Below are positions 16,946 through 25,432 of a stretch of DNA of 32,000 nucleotides, in pieces. The stretch's first letter is position 1, and each line of letters begins with the position of its first letter. A program made the position numbers and the translations under genes. The notes beneath the pieces are model-generated. The model did no database searches. It saw nothing but the letters and a program-made list of their open reading frames with translations, and was not told the origin of the DNA. Source of the DNA: Candidatus Lokiarchaeum ossiferum. Its GTDB lineage: Archaea; Asgardarchaeota; Lokiarchaeia; Sigyniarchaeales; Promethearchaeaceae. The stretch is taken from the NCBI GenBank assembly GCA_025839675.1, contig CP104013.1:3450001-3482000 (forward strand). Direction: 5' to 3'.

Positions 16946-16971
16946 ATCCCTTCTTTGGTGGTTTATCCGAG

Positions 16972-17098
16972 TTTTGTCGGTAATAAGGTTTTGTTCGGAT
17001 TATTTTTACGTATTTTTAAAATAGGGGAATTAATTATTTATTGCTTACTATTTACGCAATAACACCCCACTTTTTATATCCTAGATCACCCGACAAAA
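16972..17098. promoter_or_regulatory. Long-range inverted repeat TTTTGTCGG (16972-16980) / CCGACAAAA (17090-17098) in the divergent RNR-sufC intergenic region, enclosing GGGG/CCCC and ATTGC/GCAAT inverted pairs
   Basis: Read directly from the sequence: GGGG 17024-17027 / CCCC 17065-17068, and ATTGC 17040-17044 / GCAAT 17056-17060. Function not established. Confidence 0.25.
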
Positions 17099-17345
17099 TT
17101 AGTAGATTCTAAAGAAGAACTTTAGGATTAATTACGCTATCGACAAAAAATGCATGAAATGCAATTTCATCTTTTAGATTAAGTGATGGAAATAAAATTT
17201 ATTTTTTTATTAAATATCAAACAAGGAAATCTGTTCCCATCCAATTTTGCTATTTTTCTATGAGGATGAAGAATTTTAATGGAATTACTTATACTAATGA
17301 AAGCGAGTTTTTTTTTTGAATGCAATCCTTAAAATACCGTTAGAT

Positions 17346-18170
17346 ATGTCTTGGCTTCGAATTGAAAAATTAAATGTGACCGTTGGAAATACGCCAATAC
17401 TCAATGATTTCTCCTTAACGATAAATAAAGGTGAAGTTCATGTGTTGTTGGGGCCCAATGGTGCTGGAAAAACAACCTTGATTAAAACACTCTTAGGATT
17501 TAAAAAATATACAGTCACAAGCGGGAAAATTTTCTTTAAAGGGATAGATATCACTGAAATGCCTACTGATGAACGGGTGAAATTAGGCATTGGTGTGCTT
17601 TTTCAACATCCTCCTGAGATAAATGGGGTAAAATTATCGAAATTATTAACAGTTTGCGATCAAAAACGAGAAGAAGTGTCTCAATCTCTGGAAAATCAAT
17701 GCGATGATGACCTATCTCCAGATATTGAAAAGCTCGCTGATCGGTTAAATTTCAAAAATGGCTATCTCAATCGTGATGTTAATGTTGGATTTAGCGGTGG
17801 AGAAGTAAAACGCTCTGAAATTCTCCAAATGATGGTTCTCCAGCCCGAATTACTGCTTTTTGATGAACCAGATTCGGGGGTAGATGTTGAAAATGTGGAA
17901 TTGATTGCCAGTATCATGCGTGAATTATTGGATCGAGATAAAATTCCGTCGAAACAAGAGAAATCTGGGCTAATTATTACCCATTTAGGCTATATTTTAA
18001 AATTTTTAGGTCATATTACTCGTGCTCATATTATGATCAACGGACAAATCAATTGTAGCGGGGATCCAACTCAAATTATTGAAGCAGTTATGAAAAATGG
18101 CTTTGAAGGATGTCGCCATTGTTTATCCTGTACCGATGGAGCAACCCATATTGTTGAGGTGAATTTATAA
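17346..18170 (+). CDS. sufC: Fe-S cluster assembly ATPase SufC, with an extra Cys-rich C-terminal tail
   Basis: Walker A GPNGAGKTTL, Q-loop LFQHP, signature GFSGGEVKR, Walker B LLLFDEPDSGVDV and H-loop IITH. ATG 17346 (MSWLRIEKLNV...) aligns with canonical SufC N-termini, whereas the ORF track starts at TTG 17316. The tail is GCRHCLSCTDGATHIVEVNL. Confidence 0.9.
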   Translation: MSWLRIEKLNVTVGNTPILNDFSLTINKGEVHVLLGPNGAGKTTLIKTLLGFKKYTVTSGKIFFKGIDITEMPTDERVKLGIGVLFQHPPEINGVKLSKLLTVCDQKREEVSQSLENQCDDDLSPDIEKLADRLNFKNGYLNRDVNVGFSGGEVKRSEILQMMVLQPELLLFDEPDSGVDVENVELIASIMRELLDRDKIPSKQEKSGLIITHLGYILKFLGHITRAHIMINGQINCSGDPTQIIEAVMKNGFEGCRHCLSCTDGATHIVEVNL

Positions 18171-18171
18171 A

Positions 18172-19410
18172 ATGGGAGAAGATGTCAAACAGCGAGCTCA
18201 AAAGCTTCTCGACGCGGTAAAGGATGATGGGACCATCAATTTAGATGATTACAATCTTGGTAATGGGAATGATACCACCTATTCTAATGAAAAGGAAATT
18301 CCACAAGAGTTACGGGATTCGATGGATAAGGTAGGTATTGATCTCGACCAAGAAAAAGATGGTATTTATCTTCAATCGGGCAATTCTCATGATTTATGTG
18401 TTAGTAAAGTAGAAGGGGTCGAACTTCTTCCCATCAAGGATGCAATTAAGAAATATGATGGAACTGATGGTAAGTTGGACCTTAAAGACTATCTCTGGAA
18501 AGCAGTAGCTCCAGATAAGGATAAATACACGGCCGAAGCTGCTATTCAAGAAATAACTCAAGGTTACTTTATCTACGCCCGAAAAGGTCAAAAAACCGTT
18601 TTTCCTCTCCAATCATGTCTATTTATCGATCTTCCGGGATTGAAGCAAGTTGTGCATAATATCATCATTGCTGAAGAAGGTTCCGAATTAGATATTATTA
18701 CTGGATGTACTGTACATAAAACTGCGAAAAAAGCATTACATTTGGGTGTATCAGAATTTTATGTGCAAAAAGATGCTCGTGTATCTTTTACTATGGTGCA
18801 TAATTGGTCTGATTCTACCAATGTTCGCCCTCGTACGGGAATTGTCTTGGAAGAAAATGCGAAATTTTCCAATTTTTATGTGGTGATGTCCGCCGTTAAG
18901 GATCTTCAAACCAATCCGTTTATTCAACTCAAAGGGAAAAATTCCTCTTATTATGGACAAACTCTGATTTATGCAAAAGGTGATAGCCTATTTGATACTG
19001 GGGCTACAGCCCACCTTATTGGTGAAGGGAGCAAAGCCGAAATCATCTCTCGGGTACTTGCGGTAGATCATTCTCATGTAATCGCTCGGGGTAAAATAAT
19101 AGGCGACGGTCCAGATGTTACTGGTCATATTGATTGTTCTGCTCTTATTCTATCCTCCAACTCGCGAGTGGATTCGATTCCAGAAATTCAGGCTCACAAT
19201 CCAAATGTAACCCTCACCCATGAAGCTTCGGTTGGGAAAATTAGTCAAGAGCATATAGAATACTTAATGAGTCGTGGTCTCGCTGAAGAAGAAGCGGTCA
19301 ATTTAATTGTTAGTGGTTTTCTTGATGTGGATACAAGCCCCTTACCGCCCTCATTGGCGAAAGAAACCGAAAAAATTATTGATTTGGTATCTAAATCAGA
19401 AATGGGTTAA
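18172..19410 (+). CDS. sufB: Fe-S cluster assembly scaffold protein of the SufB/SufD family
   Basis: GHIDCSALIL...RVDSIPEIQA....VTLTHEASVGKISQEHIEYLMSRGLAEEEAVNLIVSGFL is the conserved SufB/D C-terminal beta-helix and helical signature. The start lies 1 nt after the sufC stop, indicating an operon. Confidence 0.85.
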   Translation: MGEDVKQRAQKLLDAVKDDGTINLDDYNLGNGNDTTYSNEKEIPQELRDSMDKVGIDLDQEKDGIYLQSGNSHDLCVSKVEGVELLPIKDAIKKYDGTDGKLDLKDYLWKAVAPDKDKYTAEAAIQEITQGYFIYARKGQKTVFPLQSCLFIDLPGLKQVVHNIIIAEEGSELDIITGCTVHKTAKKALHLGVSEFYVQKDARVSFTMVHNWSDSTNVRPRTGIVLEENAKFSNFYVVMSAVKDLQTNPFIQLKGKNSSYYGQTLIYAKGDSLFDTGATAHLIGEGSKAEIISRVLAVDHSHVIARGKIIGDGPDVTGHIDCSALILSSNSRVDSIPEIQAHNPNVTLTHEASVGKISQEHIEYLMSRGLAEEEAVNLIVSGFLDVDTSPLPPSLAKETEKIIDLVSKSEMG

Positions 19411-20501
19411 TTCTCAAACACTTTTTTTCCTATCTCATCTAAATCATCCAATAACTGGTGAGATTTTCTAAGAAATCGATAATTGGGGACTTGTTGGACT
19501 TTTGCAGAATCCTTCGCTAATTTTCTCACTAGCAAAAAAACTCCAAAACCAATAAGGATAATCACAAACATATCATTTAATTCTCCAAAGCCATAAGTTT
19601 CTATATAATTGTTGAATAATGAAATTCCATATAAACCATTAAACATACTGTCGTATTTTCGATCTTTTTCATCATAACTCTCTTCTACAATTGTTTTTCC
19701 AAAATCCCATAACACTAGTAATGTCAATATTATGAAACGAACTAAATTAAAAATATTAAAATTGGCTATTTCAATTTCTTCTTGGCTTGTTAGTGCCTTA
19801 TATAAGTTATAAGCTAGCGGGATCGCCATGATTTTCACAACTATGAATACCCAGAGTAACATCGCTTTCAAATTATGATGGAGTGGATCTTTCCGTTTTC
19901 TGAAAATTAGGTAGAATATGATAATCGTGGCTGTTGCTAGGAAATCTGCTAGTTCCCAGAATACTATTGCTGTGTCTAAATCTTCATTGATGTCATAAAA
20001 TACAAAGATGCTGAGATATTGTTGTCCAAGCGTAAATAAGATTAAGAGAATAATAAAAATTATTCCAGGCTTTTTGATTTTATACGTTCTCAATCTTTGA
20101 TTCAAGGATTTAATTATCGGGGCTGCTTCCTGGAATGTTAGTAATTCATGGCCAATTAAATAGCCATAACCTACAATGACTATAATCCCAAAAATTCCCC
20201 CAAACCAAAAAAGCAGGAAAGATAAGATTAGATTTACCAATAATCCTAGAATATTATCCCATTTTGGGCCTATAAGAAATGTTGTTATTGAGGTTAAAAA
20301 GAAGAAATACAACCCAATTTCAAAAGTTACTCCAATAGGTGAAGTTGATTCAATAAAGGGAGTTGAAACGATGGTAAATATCCAAATGAGAAAACCGAAA
20401 GTTTTAGGGAAAGACCCGAAAACTTGGTATTTCAAGATTTTTCGAGTATTTCGTCTCCGTTCACGCCTTTGGTGAATATTTTCTTTAATTTTTGTAGTCA
20501 T
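19407..20501 (-). CDS. Polytopic membrane protein, hypothetical (364 aa)
   Basis: ATG start, a basic N-terminus (RRERRRNTRK), then about 8-9 hydrophobic segments. No recognisable family. Its stop overlaps the sufB/D stop within a shared TTAA. Confidence 0.55.
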   Translation of the reverse strand: MTTKIKENIHQRRERRRNTRKILKYQVFGSFPKTFGFLIWIFTIVSTPFIESTSPIGVTFEIGLYFFFLTSITTFLIGPKWDNILGLLVNLILSFLLFWFGGIFGIIVIVGYGYLIGHELLTFQEAAPIIKSLNQRLRTYKIKKPGIIFIILLILFTLGQQYLSIFVFYDINEDLDTAIVFWELADFLATATIIIFYLIFRKRKDPLHHNLKAMLLWVFIVVKIMAIPLAYNLYKALTSQEEIEIANFNIFNLVRFIILTLLVLWDFGKTIVEESYDEKDRKYDSMFNGLYGISLFNNYIETYGFGELNDMFVIILIGFGVFLLVRKLAKDSAKVQQVPNYRFLRKSHQLLDDLDEIGKKVFEN

Positions 20502-20578
20502 TTCTGTCTATAATACATTTCCCAAAAGAGTAAAAAAATGTTCGTTTTTGTCTGAAGATACCAAAAACACACGCCTAA

Positions 20579-21382
20579 TTAATCTATTTTTTCTGCTTGA
20601 TCGAAAGCCTCTTTAAATACTTCTTGAGTGATTTGTTCCGCTTTGACTCGGGTAATCATTTTCAATGTGTCATCTCGTGTTTTTACCGCGGTACAAGGGT
20701 ATTTTTTGAGAGCAACCGATATTCGCTTTTCTAATGGGTCCACATTCCACGTGTTTAGCTGTTCATTGCGTAGATACTGTGCAATGAAATACGTCGCTCC
20801 ACAGGGAGAACTCTGGATTACTTGTGTCTTGATTATTTTGCCGTTTTGGGTGCTAAATTGAACGATAGGTTTTCCAATATGAAATTGTTGGATAAATCGA
20901 TTAATAATTGATTTTTCCGGAGAATTTGATTCCGAGAGATTACAAAAGGGTCGTGGAAACGCATATTGGATCCCGCTTATTTTCAATTGACTTTGGAGAA
21001 CCATTTGATCATGAGCTGAAAGCCATTCTCCATTTTCAACTGGAAAAATCACCGCCCTAATGGAATATTTTTTTAGTAATGCAGGTAATACCTCAATAAA
21101 TTCAGAAGGAAGGGCAATGCAGATTAAGACATCCAAAGAGGATAATTTTTCTTCCACCGCGGGTAAACAATCTTCAACGCATTCACAATCTTCCCACTCC
21201 AATTTATGAGCATATTTAATTTTTCCAGCAAACCAAGGATAGAGGATTCGACAATTGATGCATAATGGACCACATTGTTGGCAAAAGCCCGATTTATTAA
21301 TCAGGTTATTTATCACCCGAACTCCAAAGGGATCATTGTAGAGAAATCCTATCTGTAGAAGATCGTTGGTCGAAGAGTTCAT
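20579..21382 (-). CDS. Cys-rich protein resembling the archaeal DUF166 family (function unresolved)
   Basis: LQIGFLYNDPFGVRVINNLINKSGFCQQCGPLCINCR...LDVLICIALPSEFIEVLPALLKKYSIRAVIFPVE resembles my recollection of DUF166 (G.fG.R....L....C..C...C..CR, then an alpha/beta segment). ATG 21382 gives an N-terminus typical of the family, whereas the ORF track starts at TTG 21442. Confidence 0.45.
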   Translation of the reverse strand: MNSSTNDLLQIGFLYNDPFGVRVINNLINKSGFCQQCGPLCINCRILYPWFAGKIKYAHKLEWEDCECVEDCLPAVEEKLSSLDVLICIALPSEFIEVLPALLKKYSIRAVIFPVENGEWLSAHDQMVLQSQLKISGIQYAFPRPFCNLSESNSPEKSIINRFIQQFHIGKPIVQFSTQNGKIIKTQVIQSSPCGATYFIAQYLRNEQLNTWNVDPLEKRISVALKKYPCTAVKTRDDTLKMITRVKAEQITQEVFKEAFDQAEKID

Positions 21383-21475
21383 GATTGAAGAAAAACGGTT
21401 TTTAGTTAAAACTCTTTTGCTTTGATTCGATTTCCGGCACAAATCTTTTTAGGGTGATTTGTTCTCTATTTCTCT

Positions 21476-22591
21476 ATGATTCTCCAAGAATGGAAGCCGA
21501 CTGTAATCATAATCGCAGTGAGTTTCTTCGGTCTTTTTTTTTTGGGGATACTTTATTGGTTCATTAAAAAAAAGCGATTACAGAATCTCACATCTCAAAT
21601 TGATGAAACTCAAATCTCAACTTTACCCTCCTCAACAAAACAAGATCAACCAGAAGATCGAAAAGAGAGACAAAAACTACAAGACAAGCTGTGGAGAGCT
21701 CTTGAAGATATCTCTAAATTGATTCGGAGTCGTCAATTTAGTCAAGCTCAGAATAAATTGGAAGATATAAACAAAATTGCCCTACAAAATCAGTTTTTCG
21801 GAATTCTGACGGAAATTAAATTAAAGTTAAACATCTGTAATCGAAATCTCCAGCTCCAAGCGCGCCAAGATGAGCTATGGGAGAAATTTGAGGATGGTAA
21901 CATTGCAGAATCTTATATTGAATTATTTGAACTCAGTGAAACCACTCAAGCAGAAGGGAAAAAACAATGGATCCATCCATATATATCTAGTCAACTCCTA
22001 GCCAAGGTAAAACGCATCGGTGAAGAATTCAAAAAAGATAAGGACCATACTCGCCAGTTGATCGAGCGTTTCTCAGAAATGATCTTAGAAGAAAAGTTTT
22101 ATGTGACTCAAAACCGCCTGAATATCACAAAAGAGATATGCATCAATTTAAAATTTCGTGAATTTATCCCCGAAATTGAGCTTCTTTTGAAAAAATCCAA
22201 AATTAATATTAACTTTTTAGAAGAGTATAACAAGAATAAAGAGGTTTATCATGCTGGAAAACTCCGGTTATCTTATAATGGAATGGATATTTTGGAACGC
22301 AAGTCAAAATTTGCCAAATTTAAACCGTTATTGGTGGAATCACTGGCGTTAAAAGTTTTTATACTATTTCAACAAATTAGACAGGAATTAAAGGTTCATA
22401 AGACCGCTTTAGAACAAACCCTCAAAGAAGTGTATCGAATGATCAACAGACAAGAATTTGAGAAAGCAAAGATCACTTTAGCTGAAGCAACAATCGAAGC
22501 ACGACAATATGATTTTTACGGTATTATTCGGGATATTGAGTATCAATTAAGAGAAATAAAGAAATTTGAATCTCAAATTAAAGATCGGTAG
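21476..22591 (+). CDS. N-terminally anchored helical-repeat protein, hypothetical (371 aa)
   Basis: One N-terminal TM segment (VIIIAVSFFGLFFLGILYWFI) followed by KKKR, then three ~120-aa helical modules sharing the motif F..A...L......A....F..I...IE..L. Confidence 0.55.
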   Translation: MILQEWKPTVIIIAVSFFGLFFLGILYWFIKKKRLQNLTSQIDETQISTLPSSTKQDQPEDRKERQKLQDKLWRALEDISKLIRSRQFSQAQNKLEDINKIALQNQFFGILTEIKLKLNICNRNLQLQARQDELWEKFEDGNIAESYIELFELSETTQAEGKKQWIHPYISSQLLAKVKRIGEEFKKDKDHTRQLIERFSEMILEEKFYVTQNRLNITKEICINLKFREFIPEIELLLKKSKININFLEEYNKNKEVYHAGKLRLSYNGMDILERKSKFAKFKPLLVESLALKVFILFQQIRQELKVHKTALEQTLKEVYRMINRQEFEKAKITLAEATIEARQYDFYGIIRDIEYQLREIKKFESQIKDR

Positions 22592-23627
22592 TAGAAATAC
22601 GTATTTCGGTTCCCTTATTATTAATGATTTCAAGTTTTCCATTTATTTGCCTTACTAAATTTTTAACCAATGGTAATCCAAGAGATTCTGTACTATTAGA
22701 ATTAGATTGATCTGGTAAACCAATCCCATCATCCTTCACAAGTAATATTCTGGAATTATTTTCTTCTTGGAAAAAAGAAATTGTGATATTTCCCTGCTTA
22801 TCCGGAAAAGCATGCTTTAACGCATTTGTAATCAATTCATTCAAGATCATTCCATACACTTGCGCTTCTTTTACATTAAGAAATAATTCTGCCGCATCAA
22901 TGCGAATTTGAACCCCATTGTATTGGTGTTCATATGTTTTTAATATATTTTCGCACAATTTATTTGTGTATTTTTTAAAATCAATTTTTCCCAAATGCTC
23001 TGAACTAAACAAATAATCATGGTTTAAAGAGATGGATTTTATGCGATTTAGTAAATCCTTAAACTTTTCCCTCAAAATCGCATCTTTGATTGAATGATTT
23101 TGTAATATAATTAGAGAGGAAATGACTTGCAGATTGTTTTTTACTCGATGATGAATTTCTTTCATTAAAAGATCTTTCTCTTCCACACGTTCTTGCAAAC
23201 GTTCCAGAAAATCAGATTTTTCAAGTTCTCCAAGTCGACGGTTGGTTATATTTTGTACATACAATGCGTAATTCGAAGGTATTAATTTATCCTTTGAAAA
23301 GAATAGTGGTTTTATCAAAACTTCGACATAAATTATCCCTGATTTAATTGTATTATACAAATTTTGTTTTTTTACTAACTCAAAATCAAATGTGCTTGTA
23401 TATTTTACCGTTTTGCCTCTAATAAGCTTAGATTTTGTTCCTTTAGGTAAATTCGGATCCTTAAAAAGATTGAATCCCTTTATTTCTTCTATCGTTTTAA
23501 CTCCAAATAACTCCAAACACGCTGTATTGACTGTTTGCAATTTTCCCAGTCCATCATAAATTTCGATAGGAATGGGGGAATACTCAAATAAATTCTGGAA
23601 CCATTCATCACCCAAAGAATGTGGCAT
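22578..23627 (-). CDS. Cytoplasmic sensor histidine kinase (PAS + HisKA_2 + HATPase_c)
   Basis: The N-terminal PAS-like segment is FEYSPIPIEIYDGLGKLQTVNTACLELFG. The H-box EIHHRVKNNLQVISSLI is HisKA_2 type. N-box NELITNALKHAF, G1 DDGIGLP and G2 GLPLV are present. No TM segment. Confidence 0.8.
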   Translation of the reverse strand: MPHSLGDEWFQNLFEYSPIPIEIYDGLGKLQTVNTACLELFGVKTIEEIKGFNLFKDPNLPKGTKSKLIRGKTVKYTSTFDFELVKKQNLYNTIKSGIIYVEVLIKPLFFSKDKLIPSNYALYVQNITNRRLGELEKSDFLERLQERVEEKDLLMKEIHHRVKNNLQVISSLIILQNHSIKDAILREKFKDLLNRIKSISLNHDYLFSSEHLGKIDFKKYTNKLCENILKTYEHQYNGVQIRIDAAELFLNVKEAQVYGMILNELITNALKHAFPDKQGNITISFFQEENNSRILLVKDDGIGLPDQSNSNSTESLGLPLVKNLVRQINGKLEIINNKGTEIRISTTDL

Positions 23628-23662
23628 AAATACTTAGTAAAATACTCTTTAACGTTAAAGGT

Positions 23663-24415
23663 TTAAGGTTCTCGCTTTCCATGATAAAGTATGATATCTT
23701 CAAAGAACACATGTTTTTTTAGAGTTTCTACAATTTTGATGTTCAATTTTTCAAAATAGGATAATATCGGGATTTGATCGACACTTCCAGATGAGATGAT
23801 CATTATCTCCCCTTTAGGACTTAGAAATGGAGACATGATTTTAAAGAATTCTAAGGTGATTTCATTCCCTTCTGGTCCTCCTTCCCAGGCTAAATCTATC
23901 AATTTTCGATTCTCACGGGTAATTGTCTTGGCTTCGCTTGCTAAATATGGTGGATTAAAAATAATAATATCATAACTTCGCTTTTCTTCGGGAGTCCCTA
24001 GCGGTTCAAAAAAACTCCCACATTTAAACCGTACATTGTTAGAGAATCCGTTAAGTTTTGAGGTATATTTGCAAGCTTTGATAGCCATCGGATTAATATC
24101 AATTCCCATGTGATAAAAAGGAATTTTAAGTTGTTCCAAACGGGAAACCACATAAAAGGAGAGTGCTCCAGATCCACAACCCATTTCCATAACTCGTAGT
24201 GGATTTTCTTGAGAGTAGATCGGGTTTTGTTGATTATTTTTAGCCAATGTTTGCAACCATGAGCGTAAGAATCGGATAGATAGATCAGTATCTTCCATAG
24301 GACCATAGATTTGTTTGGGGACAACAATTTCAGTTCCAAAATATTCGATCCGTTCGGCTATGTCTAAATCTTCCTCCTCATATTTTTGAACGGTTTGAAA
24401 TTCTTTTAAATCCAC
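23663..24415 (-). CDS. HemK/PrmC(Mtq2)-like N5-glutamine (NPPY) SAM-dependent methyltransferase
   Basis: IYGPMEDTDL (cf. VYEPAEDS), motif I MEMGCGSGALS and motif IV IIIFNPPYL. It starts at GTG 24415, with no in-frame ATG upstream of the conserved N-terminal motif. It is co-directional with and 31 nt downstream of ksgA. Confidence 0.8.
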   Translation of the reverse strand: MDLKEFQTVQKYEEEDLDIAERIEYFGTEIVVPKQIYGPMEDTDLSIRFLRSWLQTLAKNNQQNPIYSQENPLRVMEMGCGSGALSFYVVSRLEQLKIPFYHMGIDINPMAIKACKYTSKLNGFSNNVRFKCGSFFEPLGTPEEKRSYDIIIFNPPYLASEAKTITRENRKLIDLAWEGGPEGNEITLEFFKIMSPFLSPKGEIMIISSGSVDQIPILSYFEKLNIKIVETLKKHVFFEDIILYHGKREP

Positions 24416-24446
24416 ATGTTAATTCAGATAGGATTCCCAATGAATT

Positions 24447-25415
24447 TTATTCTTTTATTGAAAACTGTTTGGCTAATTGGGCCAATTCTTGAGAATCGTT
24501 GGTTAAACCATACAAGAGAAAGGAAAAGAGTTGAGGTGGGGAAAATGATCGCAATTTATGAGATAAAAAGGGATAATCTGCTGGACTTGAAATAAGTTGA
24601 ACTAAAGGACTCAACTTTTCTTTGACATGAGGATCCCGCTTTAAACAATGAGTGAGGGCATTTCGGATTGATTTGTTCTTATAAGGAAAAATGCCCCGTA
24701 AGAATGCTAAATAATCACTTCTATATTGAAAAGCTGCCTTTTCCTTCGAAAGTGTCGGTTTTGCGGTAATTTCAATCAACATGGATTCCACACGAGGGGC
24801 AGGATAAAAACACGTGGCAGGAACTTGGCGAACTTTTTTAATGTTCAAAAATAATCCTGTCGCCGCAGAAATGCGAGAATAGTTCTTTGAATTCACTGGG
24901 GCCAATAATCGTTCGGCAAATTCTCTTTGCACCATAAGATTAACGGTTGAATAAGACCAAGATTCAATTATTCGGAAGATCAACGGAGCCGAAATTTGGT
25001 ATGGGATATTAGACACGATTTTGTTAGCTGGAAAGAATGGGACTTTTAAAGCATCTCCGTGAATTAAAATTATTTTTTCCTTCCTCTCGATAACATTCCA
25101 ATCTTTAGCAGTGGGATTTTCAAGAAATGCCACGGAATATTTGTTTTCGTAATATTCTCTAAGATAACATGCAATTTTGTTATCAAACTCAATCAAAATC
25201 ACTTGTTTACACTGCTGTATGAGATAATCTGAGAGAGTTCCCAATCCTGGACCAATTTCTATTACAACATCATTCTCGGGATCTAATTGGGCATGCGAAA
25301 CAATAAATTCTACCACATTTTGGTCAATCAAATAGCATTGACCTCTGGATTTATCAAGTCGGATGCCTAATGTGGTCAAAGTTCCTAGTAATGCAGATTT
25401 AGAAAGAAAAGGCAT
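24447..25415 (-). CDS. rsmA: 16S/18S rRNA (adenine-N6,N6)-dimethyltransferase KsgA/RsmA/Dim1
   Basis: KSRGQCYLIDQNVVEFIV, IEIGPGLGTLSDYL (SAM motif I), VSNIPYQISAPLIF and LMVQREFAERL. At 322 aa it is longer than typical prokaryotic KsgA. Confidence 0.9.
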   Translation of the reverse strand: MPFLSKSALLGTLTTLGIRLDKSRGQCYLIDQNVVEFIVSHAQLDPENDVVIEIGPGLGTLSDYLIQQCKQVILIEFDNKIACYLREYYENKYSVAFLENPTAKDWNVIERKEKIILIHGDALKVPFFPANKIVSNIPYQISAPLIFRIIESWSYSTVNLMVQREFAERLLAPVNSKNYSRISAATGLFLNIKKVRQVPATCFYPAPRVESMLIEITAKPTLSKEKAAFQYRSDYLAFLRGIFPYKNKSIRNALTHCLKRDPHVKEKLSPLVQLISSPADYPFLSHKLRSFSPPQLFSFLLYGLTNDSQELAQLAKQFSIKE

Positions 25416-25432
25416 AAAAAAACCTGAAATGG

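Noticed and set aside
16946-17315. I looked for a cobalamin riboswitch (B12 box) or NrdR-type boxes upstream of the B12-dependent RNR.
   Set aside because: No GC-rich B12-box-like core is visible, and the region is very AT-rich. NrdR is a bacterial system. Only the inverted repeats reported in the findings were seen.
14333-19410. Possible inteins in the RNR or SufB/D genes, which are frequent in archaeal homologs
   Set aside because: Core lengths are normal (about 750 aa for RNR before the LRR tail, 412 aa for SufB/D). No intein block motifs or interruptions of conserved segments were seen.
19407-19410. Convergent gene ends overlap: sufB/D and the membrane protein share TTAA, and 22578-22591 is a 14-nt overlap of the helical-repeat gene and the PAS kinase.
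   Set aside because: This is a real feature of the sequence but common in compact genomes. By itself it carries no functional implication beyond the lack of space for intergenic terminators.
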